Part shown: one piece after another, positions 39,649 through 48,610 of the stretch
Numbering within the stretch: the stretch's first letter is position 1
Layout: the number at the start of each line of letters is the position of its first letter
NCBI GenBank assembly: GCA_028286605.1
Contig: JAQBRE010000002.1
Coordinates: forward strand, 124,219-188,218
Length of the DNA stretch: 64,000 nt
Source: Parcubacteria group bacterium
GTDB lineage: Bacteria > Patescibacteriota > Minisyncoccia > Phycocordibacterales > Phycocordibacteraceae
Direction of reading: 5' to 3'
The notes under the pieces: model-generated
The model's input: the letters and a program-made list of their open reading frames with translations, nothing else
Told to the model about the DNA's origin: nothing
The model's database searches: none
Translations under genes and position numbers: made by a program

Positions 39649-39738
39649 AAATGCGCGAAGGGCGGCTCTGCGAGCCGCCCTTCTTCTATACCCAACCAAC
39701 TCCCTATAGTGCGTGACGCACACGCTATACTTCATGAT

Positions 39739-40299
39739 ATGAACATGCGAGTACGTGGCTTTACTCTCATAGAGCTCCTCGTCGTCATCGCGATAATCGG
39801 TACGCTTTCTTCCATCGTCCTTTCTGCACTCAGTACATCGCGCGATAAGGGTCGTGACGCGGCTATAAAACAGGATTTATCTCAAATGGTTACTGTTAAT
39901 GAGCTAGGGCGCCTTGATGGCAATGCGGGTGTCGCTCAATATGGCTATGCCTGTTCAACGACACCAAGTACGTATAGCGGTGGTGGCTCTTTATTTCAAG
40001 CCGCATATGCACAAAGCGACAAACAGATAGGGTCGGCAATGTGTGCCATCGCATGGGAACCTTCAGTACCTCCGCCATTGCCACAAGCTATTCCAGGGGG
40101 CCCCTTTCTATATCAAATTGTTACCGCTGGAACTTTGTCACGATCTGCTACGGGTATCTCTAGTCCAGCTAGTACCCTAACCTCTACGTGGGCAGCATCA
40201 GTACGGCTCTCTACCGGACAGTATTTCTGTGTTGATCAGACAAACATGGCCACGATTACGCCGGCCCTGACGGTTGGTGCAAGCGATTTTAATTGTTAA
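39739..40299 (+). CDS. Type IV pilin / pseudopilin
   Basis: RG|FTLIELLVVIAIIG.LSSIVL..L...R.K.RDA signal; C-terminal YFCVD...C. Confidence 0.9.
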   Translation: MNMRVRGFTLIELLVVIAIIGTLSSIVLSALSTSRDKGRDAAIKQDLSQMVTVNELGRLDGNAGVAQYGYACSTTPSTYSGGGSLFQAAYAQSDKQIGSAMCAIAWEPSVPPPLPQAIPGGPFLYQIVTAGTLSRSATGISSPASTLTSTWAASVRLSTGQYFCVDQTNMATITPALTVGASDFNC

Positions 40300-40302
40300 G
40301 TC

Positions 40303-40507
40303 TTGACCATTCACTGAGCCTCCGGTAGTTTATATATAACGCGAGATCGGCGCTCTTTTCGATATTCCTCTCCATAACGGGGCAGGGGTGGCTGGAAGGC
40401 GCTGCGCGGGTAATCGCCGGAGCCTTGGTCGCCTGTCTGCCTTTTGTAAGGCACAGGCAGGCGCGGTGGCAACATTATTTTTAGCCTACCAGTAACTTAC
40501 AAATTCT
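40303..40507 (+). promoter_or_regulatory. tuf promoter and ~170-nt structured 5' leader
   Basis: TTGACC(40303)-17-TAGTTT(40326); GC-rich stems such as GCCTG..TGCCTT-TTGT-AAGGCA-CAGGC. Confidence 0.5.
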
Positions 40508-41710
40508 ATGGCAGCAGCAGAATTCGATCGCAGCAAGCCGCACATGAACGTAGGTACCATCGGTCACGTTGACCATGGAAAGACTACGCTCACGGCGGCT
40601 ATCCTCAATGTGCTCAACCTGAACAAGGCAGCAGGCTACACCGCCCGCGCTGAAGCAGTTGATGCAATTGACAACGCACCGGAAGAGAAGGCCCGCGGTA
40701 TTACTATCGCCCTTCACCACTCCGAGTACGAGTCTCCAAACCGTCACTACGCGCACATCGATGCACCAGGTCACGCGGACTACATCAAGAACATGATTAC
40801 AGGAGCTGCCCAGATGGACGGCGCCGTACTCGTGGTTGCTGCAACTGACGGCGCGATGCCGCAGACACGCGAGCACATCCTCCTTGCCAAGCAGGTCGGT
40901 GTGCCCCGTCTTATCGTCTTCCTCAACAAGGTAGATATGGTTGATGATCAGGACATGGTGGACCTCGTTGAAGAGGAAATCCGTGAAATCCTCGAGAAGC
41001 AGGGCTTCTCGAAGGACACTCCGTTCATCAAGGGCTCGGGTCTCAAGGCTCTCGAAGCTACTTCAGCTGAGGACCCATGGGCTCTCAAGGTGAAGGAGCT
41101 CGTGGACACTATGGACACGTACTTCCCTCAGCCAGAGCGTGATCTCGACAAGCCGTTCCTTATGCCTATCGAGGACATCTTCTCGATCGAAGGTCGCGGA
41201 ACGGTTATCACAGGCCGCATCGAGCGCGGAATCATCAAGGTCGGTGAGGAAGTTGAAATCGTCGGCCTCCAGCCTACGGCTAAGACTACCGTTACCGGTA
41301 TCGAGATGTTCAACAAGCAGCTTCAGCAGGGTGAGGCAGGCGACAACGCAGGTATCCTCCTTCGTGGTACGAAGAAGGAAGACGTGCACCGTGGTCAGGT
41401 TCTCGCGAAGACTGGTTCAGTAACGCCGCACACCGAATTCGAAGCAGAGGTATACATCCTCTCTAAGGACGAAGGTGGCCGTCACACGCCGTTCTTCACG
41501 GGCTACAAGCCTCAGTTCTACGTCCGTACGACGGACGTAACCGGCGAGGTAACTCTTCCGGAAGGAAAGGAAATGGTCATGCCAGGTGACACCGTTACCT
41601 TCAAGGTAAAGCTCACTGCACCTATCGCACTCGAGGACAACACTCGTTTCTCGGTTCGTGAAGGCGGCAAGACCGTCGGTGCCGGCGTGGTTACGAAGAT
41701 CGTCGCGTAA
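40508..41710 (+). CDS. tuf: Elongation factor Tu
   Basis: [48 protein letters not shown]. Confidence 0.99.
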   Translation: MAAAEFDRSKPHMNVGTIGHVDHGKTTLTAAILNVLNLNKAAGYTARAEAVDAIDNAPEEKARGITIALHHSEYESPNRHYAHIDAPGHADYIKNMITGAAQMDGAVLVVAATDGAMPQTREHILLAKQVGVPRLIVFLNKVDMVDDQDMVDLVEEEIREILEKQGFSKDTPFIKGSGLKALEATSAEDPWALKVKELVDTMDTYFPQPERDLDKPFLMPIEDIFSIEGRGTVITGRIERGIIKVGEEVEIVGLQPTAKTTVTGIEMFNKQLQQGEAGDNAGILLRGTKKEDVHRGQVLAKTGSVTPHTEFEAEVYILSKDEGGRHTPFFTGYKPQFYVRTTDVTGEVTLPEGKEMVMPGDTVTFKVKLTAPIALEDNTRFSVREGGKTVGAGVVTKIVA

Positions 41711-41729
41711 TAGCGCATAATGTACTCGT

Positions 41730-42086
41730 ATGGCTACCGCAACTAAAGCAAAGAAGACGGCAGACGCAGCACCTGCGGCAGAGCCGAAGCTTCGCATCCG
41801 CGTGCGAGCGTACGAGCATAAGATCCTCGACCTCTCGGTGAAGCAGATCATGGATACGGCGAATCGCTTCGATGCGAAGATCGTCGGTCCGGTACCGCTT
41901 CCAACCGAGATCAAGCGCTGGACCGTGAACCGTTCGACGTTCGTCCACAAGGATGCTCGTGAGCAGTTCGAAATGCGAATTCATAAGCGTCTTATCGACA
42001 TCCTCTCGCCGAACGCGAAGGTTATCGAAGCGCTTACGAACCTCAATCTTCCGTCCGGTGTCACCATCGACGTGAAGATGGTCTAA
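41730..42086 (+). CDS. rpsJ: 30S ribosomal protein S10
   Basis: LRIR.RAY, GPVPLPT, REQFEMR.HKRLIDI. Confidence 0.97.
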   Translation: MATATKAKKTADAAPAAEPKLRIRVRAYEHKILDLSVKQIMDTANRFDAKIVGPVPLPTEIKRWTVNRSTFVHKDAREQFEMRIHKRLIDILSPNAKVIEALTNLNLPSGVTIDVKMV

Positions 42087-42100
42087 TCGCAAGATACGAC

Positions 42101-42142
42101 TAAAAGAAAAGCCGCTCCCTTCGGGAGCGGCTTTTCTTTTTA
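42101..42142. terminator. Terminator after rpsJ
   Basis: AAAAGAAAAGCCGCTCCC-TTC-GGGAGCGGCTTTTCTTTT. Confidence 0.85.
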
Positions 42143-42197
42143 TTTTCACATCAAATAGGGTATGCTCAACAGCTGTTCTTTAAGGGAAGGAGAAAAG

Positions 42198-42536
42198 ATG
42201 GTTACGGTACCTGGTACGCCGCCAACACTGGAGCGCAAAAGGGAAGTTGATAGCTTTCATTTGGCAAGCCAAGGCCTCTATGCAGGATGCGTCGGGCAAC
42301 CTGGCGAAAGCGAAACGCCTTTCACGCCTCCGAACCACCGAGGTGTGTGGCATGACAAAAAAAGGCCATTTCAACGCAAGAATTGCAAAGACAAGGAAAA
42401 ATGGTTCACGGTTTGGCGTGAACCTGACAGGAAGAAAAATAAAGAAGGCAAGTCAATGGGCGGAAAGTTTGCGAAAAAACCTGCGCTTGGCGAACGAGCC
42501 GAAAGTATCTATCCTTTTAAAAAGGATTGGCCATGA
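42198..42536 (+). CDS. Hypothetical basic protein inserted between rpsJ and rplC
   Basis: TATGCT -10 box, SD AAGGAG, hairpin at the stop codon. An overlapping frame (42247-42573) is an alternative. Confidence 0.45.
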   Translation: MVTVPGTPPTLERKREVDSFHLASQGLYAGCVGQPGESETPFTPPNHRGVWHDKKRPFQRKNCKDKEKWFTVWREPDRKKNKEGKSMGGKFAKKPALGERAESIYPFKKDWP

Positions 42537-42771
42537 GCAATTATGCTCATGGCCATCTTCATACAATCTTTAGTACCTCTCCTATATAGTGCCAGAGTAG
42601 TTTACGAGATTAACTCTCCTTATGTTTGATCCTGTTCTCCTGCGAGAACTTGAGATCACTTGAACTACCGTCTAGGCCACTCCTCAGGGGGCGGTCTATT
42701 TGTATATATAAAAGGGCCTCGCTGCTTGTGCAACGAGGCCCCATTCGATCCGAGGGTCAGAAGTTGATGCT

Positions 42772-42876
42772 CTAGATCTTGGTTCCGCCATCGCTGATGT
42801 CGTCCTTAACCGGCTTGATGGTGTCGGCTTCGGGGAAGAACTTAGGCGGATACGTCTCGAACCTATAATGGGCCAC
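42772..42876 (-). CDS. 34-aa small protein (MAHYRFETYPPKFFPEADTIKPVKDDISDGGTKI), below the ORF-track cutoff
   Basis: Perfect SD GGAGGT 5 nt before a GTG start, TGcTATTCT extended -10, U-tailed terminator at ~42710-42742. Confidence 0.5.
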   Translation of the reverse strand: MAHYRFETYPPKFFPEADTIKPVKDDISDGGTKI

Positions 42877-42933
42877 GAAAGACCTCCATTTCTGCCACGC
42901 GAACCGTGGACCCTGTGAGAATAGCACGTATAT

Positions 42934-43051
42934 TTGCATTACCTGAAGGAATCATGTATGGTGCTTGGGACGCACGTACGGCATTCGGCCGGACCAATGG
43001 TCGAAGTCCTCGTTGAGGATCTCGCGCCATAGGGCGCGTTTTTATTTTTCC
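42934..43051 (+). promoter_or_regulatory. rplC promoter and three-hairpin leader
   Basis: TTGCAT(42934)-17-TATGGT(42957); TTCGGCC/GGTCGAA, TCCTC/GAGGA, CGCGCC/GGCGCG-TTTTT. Confidence 0.55.
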
Positions 43052-43669
43052 ATGAAATTCCTTCTCGCACGCAAAGCAGGCATGACCCAAATCTTCCAGG
43101 AGAATGGGGATGTTAAGGCTGGTACCGTACTTAAGACGACTCCTATGACCATTACGCAGGTTAAGACTGCGGATGGCGTGGACGGCTACAGCGCGGTACA
43201 GGTCGCTTTTGACGAGCAGAAGATCGAGCGCGTTTCGAAGCCGGTCCTTGGGCACACCAAGGGCAAGGGTTTCAAGGTTATTAAGGAGTTCCGCGTTGAT
43301 AACGCTGCAGACTACACGGTCGGCAGCGAGATTCTCGTAGATACCTTCGAAGTTGGCGATGGTGTTACCATCGCGGGCACGAGCAAGGGTAAGGGCTTCG
43401 CAGGCGGCGTGCAGCGTTATGGCTTCAAGGGAGGTCGCCGTACGCACGGCCAGAAGCACTCAGAGCGTGAAGTAGGTTCTATCGGCGGAGGTGGCCGCGC
43501 AGGCGGTCGCGTGGCGAAGGGTATGCGCATGGGTGGCCGCATGGGTGGCGATCGCGTTACTATCACGAGCCTCAAGGTGTTGCACGTCGATGCAGCAAAG
43601 GGCGAGATAATCATCTCGGGCGCTATCCCTGGCGCACGCGGCTCACTCGTTGAGATCATCTCCGCATAA
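43052..43669 (+). CDS. rplC: 50S ribosomal protein L3
   Basis: K.GMTQIF, DGY.AVQ, SKGKGFAG, GMRMGGRMG. Confidence 0.97.
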   Translation: MKFLLARKAGMTQIFQENGDVKAGTVLKTTPMTITQVKTADGVDGYSAVQVAFDEQKIERVSKPVLGHTKGKGFKVIKEFRVDNAADYTVGSEILVDTFEVGDGVTIAGTSKGKGFAGGVQRYGFKGGRRTHGQKHSEREVGSIGGGGRAGGRVAKGMRMGGRMGGDRVTITSLKVLHVDAAKGEIIISGAIPGARGSLVEIISA

Positions 43670-43680
43670 TTTTCATACGT

Positions 43681-44481
43681 ATGGCTACTACAACCAAAGC
43701 AACAACAAAGAAAGCACCAGCAAAGGCACCTGCAAAGAAGGTGGCAGCAAAGTCTGTCGCTAAGGCAGCACCAGCAACGGTTCCTGAAGGATTCGCAGGC
43801 AAGAAGGTTGTGAGCATGGAGGCTACTATCTGGACGACGGCTGGCGCAAAGGGCAGCACGATGACTCTTCCTGAAGAGATCTTCGGCAAGAAGTGGAATG
43901 CAGACCTCGTACACCAGGTGGTTATCGGCATGCAGGCTAATGCGCGCCCTACGGTCGCGCACACCAAGTTCCGTGGCGAAGTATCCGGCGGCGGCAAGAA
44001 GCCATGGAAGCAGAAGGGTACTGGCCGCGCACGTCATGGTTCGAATCGTTCTCCAATCTGGAAGGGCGGAGGCGTTACGCACGGTCCTCGCGCAGAGAAG
44101 ATCTACGCGGTGAAGATCAACAAGAAGATGCGCCTCGCTGCGCTCGCAACAGTTCTTTCGCGCAAGTGGAAGGATGGCGAAATCATCTTCGTCGACAAGA
44201 TCGAGTTCGCGAAGCCTGCAACGAAGGATGCGAAGCTCGCACTTCTCGCGCTCGCGAAGGGAACCGGAAAGGATACGCTTGCAACCAAGCGCAAGAATGC
44301 AGCAGTCATCGCTTTCGCTTCGAAGGACACGATCGCTGCGAAGTCGTTCCGCAACATCGGCAGCCTCATGACGGAAGAGGTGCGCAACCTCAATCCGGTC
44401 GACCTCATGAATAAGAAGTTCCTCGTTATCGAGCGTCCGACTGAATCACTTGCAGTCCTCGCATCGCGCATGGCGAAGTAA
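43681..44481 (+). CDS. rplD: 50S ribosomal protein L4 with Lys/Ala-rich N-terminal extension
   Basis: RGEVSGGGKKPWKQKGTGRARHGS.RSPIW.GGG. Confidence 0.97.
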   Translation: MATTTKATTKKAPAKAPAKKVAAKSVAKAAPATVPEGFAGKKVVSMEATIWTTAGAKGSTMTLPEEIFGKKWNADLVHQVVIGMQANARPTVAHTKFRGEVSGGGKKPWKQKGTGRARHGSNRSPIWKGGGVTHGPRAEKIYAVKINKKMRLAALATVLSRKWKDGEIIFVDKIEFAKPATKDAKLALLALAKGTGKDTLATKRKNAAVIAFASKDTIAAKSFRNIGSLMTEEVRNLNPVDLMNKKFLVIERPTESLAVLASRMAK

Positions 44482-44491
44482 TAAATTACGT

Positions 44492-44860
44492 ATGGCACTT
44501 TTCTCTAACGACACGAAGAAGAAGACAACAACCAAGAAAGTTTCGACACGCTCGAAGCAGCCGGTTCATGCGAATGACGATGGTCGTCTTGCGCGCGTTC
44601 TCACTGCGCCTTGGCTTTCCGAGAAGGCTCTCATCATGAGCGCAGTAGGCGTCTACGTATTCGAGATTCCTGCAGACGCGACGAAGCTCGAAGTTGCTGC
44701 TGCTATCGAGAAGATCTACAACGTAACGCCGCGCAAAGTGAACGTCGCGCACCTTCCTATGAAGGCAGTGAACCTTCGCATGCGTCGCGGTACGGGCTAC
44801 AAGGCTCGTCGCCACAAGGCATATGTCTACCTCGCTAAGGGTGACACCATCTCGTTCTAA
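44492..44860 (+). CDS. rplW: 50S ribosomal protein L23
   Basis: P.LSEKA, YVF.I...ATK.EV..AIE.IY.V, KAYV.L. Confidence 0.95.
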   Translation: MALFSNDTKKKTTTKKVSTRSKQPVHANDDGRLARVLTAPWLSEKALIMSAVGVYVFEIPADATKLEVAAAIEKIYNVTPRKVNVAHLPMKAVNLRMRRGTGYKARRHKAYVYLAKGDTISF

Positions 44861-44870
44861 TACTTTATTT

Positions 44871-45716
44871 ATGAAGACCTACAAGCCAACATCACCGAGC
44901 CGTCGCAACATGACGTCGCTTCCATACAAGGAGCTCCTTTCCGGCGACAAGCCGACAAAGAGCCTCATGTCTTCGAAGAAGCGTCAGGCAGGCCGCAACA
45001 ATGCAGGCCGCATCACGGTCCGTCATCAGGGTGGCGGTCACAAGCGTCGCTACCGTGAAGTTGATTTCTCGTACAACAAGAAGGACATTCCTGCGAAGAT
45101 CGAGACTATCGAATACGATCCGTATCGCACCGCATTCATTTCTATCGCGCTCTATGCAGATGGTGAGCGCCGCTACGTGCTCGCTCCTAAGGATGGAAAG
45201 GTTGGCGACACCTTCATCGTTGGTGAGAACGTACCGGTAAAACCAGGTAATCGTATGCCTATCGGCAAGATTCCTTCCGGCACCTTTATCTACAACATCG
45301 AGCTCAAGGTTGGTGCTGGCGCACGTCTCGCACGTTCAGCAGGTAACTACGCTGAGATCGTCGCGCACGATGCAGGCTACGCGCAGGTGAAGCTCCCTTC
45401 GAGCGAAATCCGCAAGGTTTCTGATCTCTGCTACGCATCGATCGGTGCCGTCGGTAATGAGAACAGCCGTCTCGTGAACATCGGTAAGGCAGGTCGCAGC
45501 CGTTGGTTGGGTATCCGTCCTACGGTCCGTGGTAACGCGATGAACCCGGTTGACCATCCTCATGGTGGTGGTGAAGGTAAGCAGGGTCGTGGTCTCCGCC
45601 GTGCCAAGAGCATGTGGGGCAAGCCAACAGGCAAGGGTCAGAAGACTCGCACGCCGAAGAAGTACTCGAACGTGTTCATCGTTTCGCGCCGCAAAGTCGG
45701 CAAGAAGCGCTCATAA
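44871..45716 (+). CDS. rplB: 50S ribosomal protein L2
   Basis: GRNNAGRIT.RH.GGG, IEYDP.R, RG.AMNPVDHPHGGGEG. Confidence 0.98.
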   Translation: MKTYKPTSPSRRNMTSLPYKELLSGDKPTKSLMSSKKRQAGRNNAGRITVRHQGGGHKRRYREVDFSYNKKDIPAKIETIEYDPYRTAFISIALYADGERRYVLAPKDGKVGDTFIVGENVPVKPGNRMPIGKIPSGTFIYNIELKVGAGARLARSAGNYAEIVAHDAGYAQVKLPSSEIRKVSDLCYASIGAVGNENSRLVNIGKAGRSRWLGIRPTVRGNAMNPVDHPHGGGEGKQGRGLRRAKSMWGKPTGKGQKTRTPKKYSNVFIVSRRKVGKKRS

Positions 45717-45754
45717 GCAAAAGAAAACCCGCCGAATGGCGGGTTTTCTTTTGC
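45717..45754. terminator. Terminator after rplB
   Basis: GCAAAAGAAAACCCGCC-GAAT-GGCGGGTTTTCTTTTGC. Confidence 0.85.
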
Positions 45755-45873
45755 TCTGAAGACGAGATAAAGTTTTTCTGAAGAAGAATCCTGTCCTGTG
45801 GACAGGATTCTTGCTATATATCGAAGCCTCATTGATAGGGTAAATAGGAAGCACTAATCCTAATACATTTTCT

Positions 45874-46122
45874 ATGTTTAAGACCCCAAAAAATGGCCAT
45901 GCAAAATTCAACCGTGTACCGAAAGAACTATATCCATTCGTTAATGCTCTATACGAAGCGCTTGAGAATAGTGATAAAGAAGACGATAAGGAAACTGAAG
46001 AAGATGACGATTGCGATATGATCGAATTGCCCCTAGAGCTTCTGCCGGTTGCCTTTATTGATCACGAGCTGCGAATTCATGAGATAGAACAAATCTTGAA
46101 GAAAGTAAAATTGACCAGCTAA
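45874..46122 (+). CDS. Small acidic hypothetical protein
   Basis: AT-rich ORF in the rplB-rpsS insert; acidic tract; C-terminal DHELRIHEIE. Confidence 0.55.
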   Translation: MFKTPKNGHAKFNRVPKELYPFVNALYEALENSDKEDDKETEEDDDCDMIELPLELLPVAFIDHELRIHEIEQILKKVKLTS

Positions 46123-46155
46123 CTCTGAAAGATTTATACTACTAACACTTTCATC

Positions 46156-46440
46156 ATGATTGAAACTACTGAATCAATTATCCAGACTGATGCTCTTGAG
46201 CCAACGTTATATGACGTTATGGATCAAATAATTACGCTGCATGATCGTGTCGATGGGGTAGAAGACCGCATAGATAATATGCGCGAGCATATAGATGAGA
46301 AGTTTGCAGAGTTTCTACCACTTAAGCCAATAGTTCTCGGCCTGCAAACGATGATGTTCACTATGCAGGAAACACTCATCTTGCAGGGAAAACTTCTAAC
46401 CAAACTTGTTACTGGTATGCGGGTTTCAGAACATTCGTAA
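46156..46440 (+). CDS. Small coiled-coil hypothetical protein
   Basis: Heptad pattern LHDRVDGVEDRIDNM. Confidence 0.55.
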   Translation: MIETTESIIQTDALEPTLYDVMDQIITLHDRVDGVEDRIDNMREHIDEKFAEFLPLKPIVLGLQTMMFTMQETLILQGKLLTKLVTGMRVSEHS

Positions 46441-47239
46441 ATTTCGAGAGAGGAATGGTGTCGAGGATAGTTCCAACGGAATACGGACCGACTTGATATG
46501 GAGCAAATACGATTACGAGATTCGATCCATTGATATACCAGTTCTGGAAATCATCAGTACTTGGCATGGTCCCAACATTGATCGTGTCAGTATCTGCTGC
46601 TCCGTCTTGAACCTTGTTGATTAAGGTAGGAAGGTCGGCACGTGCCGTGGTGCTAAGAAGCTGAAGGTAGTTGCTGTTCGGCTGGAAGATATCGCCTATG
46701 GCGAGACTCTGGCCGCCCGTCGTATCGAAGGTGTAGGTCTTGTAATACTCGTTCGGATGGGCGCCGAGCGTATCGGAGGCAAAGGTGTATACGTACGAAA
46801 CGGTATGCGCGCCCTGATAGGTCTTATATGTTCCGGTAAGCGAATATACATTGCCCTGATCAAGACCCTGCATCTGAATATCCTGCGGCGTAAGATTCGC
46901 GAAATCACCATTCTCTACGAAGTTCTGATCCTGACTTTCGAGGAATGCTTTCATCTTCGAAACAGCTGCGGCATCTGTCTGAGCGTTTGCCGTCGTCGCA
47001 AGAAGGGTAGAGCCAGGATACTGAAGGCTTATTTGGTAGTATTGGCCATTATCCGCAATGGTCTGCGGGCCAACTGCTATTGTGGCCGTAGAGCCGGTAG
47101 AAGTCGTAGAAGTGGCAGTGCCAGGAGCAAATACGCTGGGAGCCTGATGCGTAGCCATATACCAGATAGCGAATCCAAGGAAAACCACTATCAGAACTCC
47201 TACGCCGATGACTGCGGTGTGCTTGTTATTCATATCCAT
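46409..47239 (-). CDS. DUF3298 / RsiV-like membrane-anchored protein
   Basis: N-terminal TM; GAHPN....Y.FD...G..L...DIF; F.PYQVGPY..G. Confidence 0.8.
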   Translation of the reverse strand: MDMNNKHTAVIGVGVLIVVFLGFAIWYMATHQAPSVFAPGTATSTTSTGSTATIAVGPQTIADNGQYYQISLQYPGSTLLATTANAQTDAAAVSKMKAFLESQDQNFVENGDFANLTPQDIQMQGLDQGNVYSLTGTYKTYQGAHTVSYVYTFASDTLGAHPNEYYKTYTFDTTGGQSLAIGDIFQPNSNYLQLLSTTARADLPTLINKVQDGAADTDTINVGTMPSTDDFQNWYINGSNLVIVFAPYQVGPYSVGTILDTIPLSKFTNVLKPAYQ

Positions 47240-47334
47240 ATAAGAGAAGTATAACTCCGGTTCATGAGTATAAAAGGAAAGCCCCACGCAAGCGCGGGGC
47301 CCAAACGTAGTACGCAGAGTCAAAGTGTTGGCGG

Positions 47335-47796
47335 TTAGGCCGCCTGACGCCGAGTATTCGATTTACTGAACAAAGGATGGCGACGTTTTGGATCTCGCAA
47401 GGTATCGTTCCAGATATCATTAAGCATCTTGCTGTCAATTTGGCAGCCAAGGTTGCGTCGATGGTAGCAGTAGTTATTGAATCCTTTGATATCAAGAACT
47501 CTTCCATGCATGCCGAAGGCATTGGAAACTGTTGCAAATGTCACCGCTCCATCGATTGAGCGGAACTTCGCTACAAATTCAAATGCCAACGCCAATACGC
47601 ACTCGTTGTCGTAGGAGTTATTTGCCCGAAAGTACGACCTGCCCTCGGGAAGGGGGTTGAAGCAGTTCCGGAGCCATCCCGGAGGGGCGTTCTGGTATAG
47701 CCATCTAATTCCACGTTGCACATGGCGCTCAGCTCGCAGATGAGCCAAGGCCAACGGGTCTTCGTGCCGCATCTTAAGTAGATCTTTGAGGTTCAC
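47335..47796 (-). CDS. Hypothetical protein cassette
   Basis: GTG start with SD GGAGAG, extended -10 upstream, U-tailed hairpin at ~47273-47301. Confidence 0.6.
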   Translation of the reverse strand: MNLKDLLKMRHEDPLALAHLRAERHVQRGIRWLYQNAPPGWLRNCFNPLPEGRSYFRANNSYDNECVLALAFEFVAKFRSIDGAVTFATVSNAFGMHGRVLDIKGFNNYCYHRRNLGCQIDSKMLNDIWNDTLRDPKRRHPLFSKSNTRRQAA

Positions 47797-47851
47797 GCAG
47801 GTCTCTCCATCAGGTTCTATCCTGCCAGAACCCTACCATGGGGGCCATAAT

Positions 47852-47910
47852 TTGACACTTGAGGTGAATTCATATAGATTTTACCTATCTCGCGCTTGCG
47901 CGGGTTTTTA
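47852..47910 (+). promoter_or_regulatory. rpsS promoter with mini-hairpin+U5 leader
   Basis: TTGACA(47852)-17-TAGATT(47875); CCTATCTCGCGC-TT-GCGCGGG-TTTTT. Confidence 0.6.
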
Positions 47911-47916
47911 CTTCGC

Positions 47917-48267
47917 ATGTCCCGATCACTCAAAAAAGGCCCTTACGTGGACGTAAAACTCCTCAAAAAGGTATCCAATGCAAAAGCTGCTACCTCCGGC
48001 GTTATTAAGACGTGGGCGCGTGCCAGCCAGATCTCGCCAGAAATGGTGGGTTTCACTATTGGCGTACATAATGGCCAGAAGCATGTTGATGTTCTCGTGA
48101 ACGAAGACATGGTGGGACATCGCCTCGGTGAATTCTCGCCGACCAAGAAGTTCATCCGTCACGGCGGTAAGATGCAGAAGGAGCTTGAGCAGAAGAAGAA
48201 GGATTCGGAAATTGCAGCCGCTAAGGCTTCAAAGGCCGCACCGGCAGCTCCTGCGAAGAAGAAATAA
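47917..48267 (+). CDS. rpsS: 30S ribosomal protein S19 (C-terminal extension)
   Basis: [30 protein letters not shown]. Confidence 0.97.
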   Translation: MSRSLKKGPYVDVKLLKKVSNAKAATSGVIKTWARASQISPEMVGFTIGVHNGQKHVDVLVNEDMVGHRLGEFSPTKKFIRHGGKMQKELEQKKKDSEIAAAKASKAAPAAPAKKK

Positions 48268-48270
48268 CCT

Positions 48271-48597
48271 ATGAAAGCAGAACTAACCAGCTACAACCAG
48301 TCGCCTCGCAAGGTCCGCCTTGTTACCGATATGGTAAAGGGAAAGTCCGTTAAGGATGCTCTTTCTGCATTGGCCTTTCTTCCGAAGCGCGCTTCTTTGC
48401 CAATCGCGAAGCTCATTCAGTCTGCAGCAGCTAATGCGAAGCAGCAGGGCATCGATGAAGCAGCGCTCCGCGTTGAGAACATCACCGTGAACAGCGCAGG
48501 CATGCTCGTTAAGTACATGCCTCGCGCCATGGGCCGTGCAGCGCCTGTTCGCCGCCGCAAGAGCCGTGTGCTCGTAACGCTTTCTACTGCGAAGTAG
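48271..48597 (+). CDS. rplV: 50S ribosomal protein L22
   Basis: SPRKVRLV, SAAANA, PRAMGRA. Confidence 0.96.
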   Translation: MKAELTSYNQSPRKVRLVTDMVKGKSVKDALSALAFLPKRASLPIAKLIQSAAANAKQQGIDEAALRVENITVNSAGMLVKYMPRAMGRAAPVRRRKSRVLVTLSTAK

Positions 48598-48610
48598 ACC
48601 TTTCAATACC

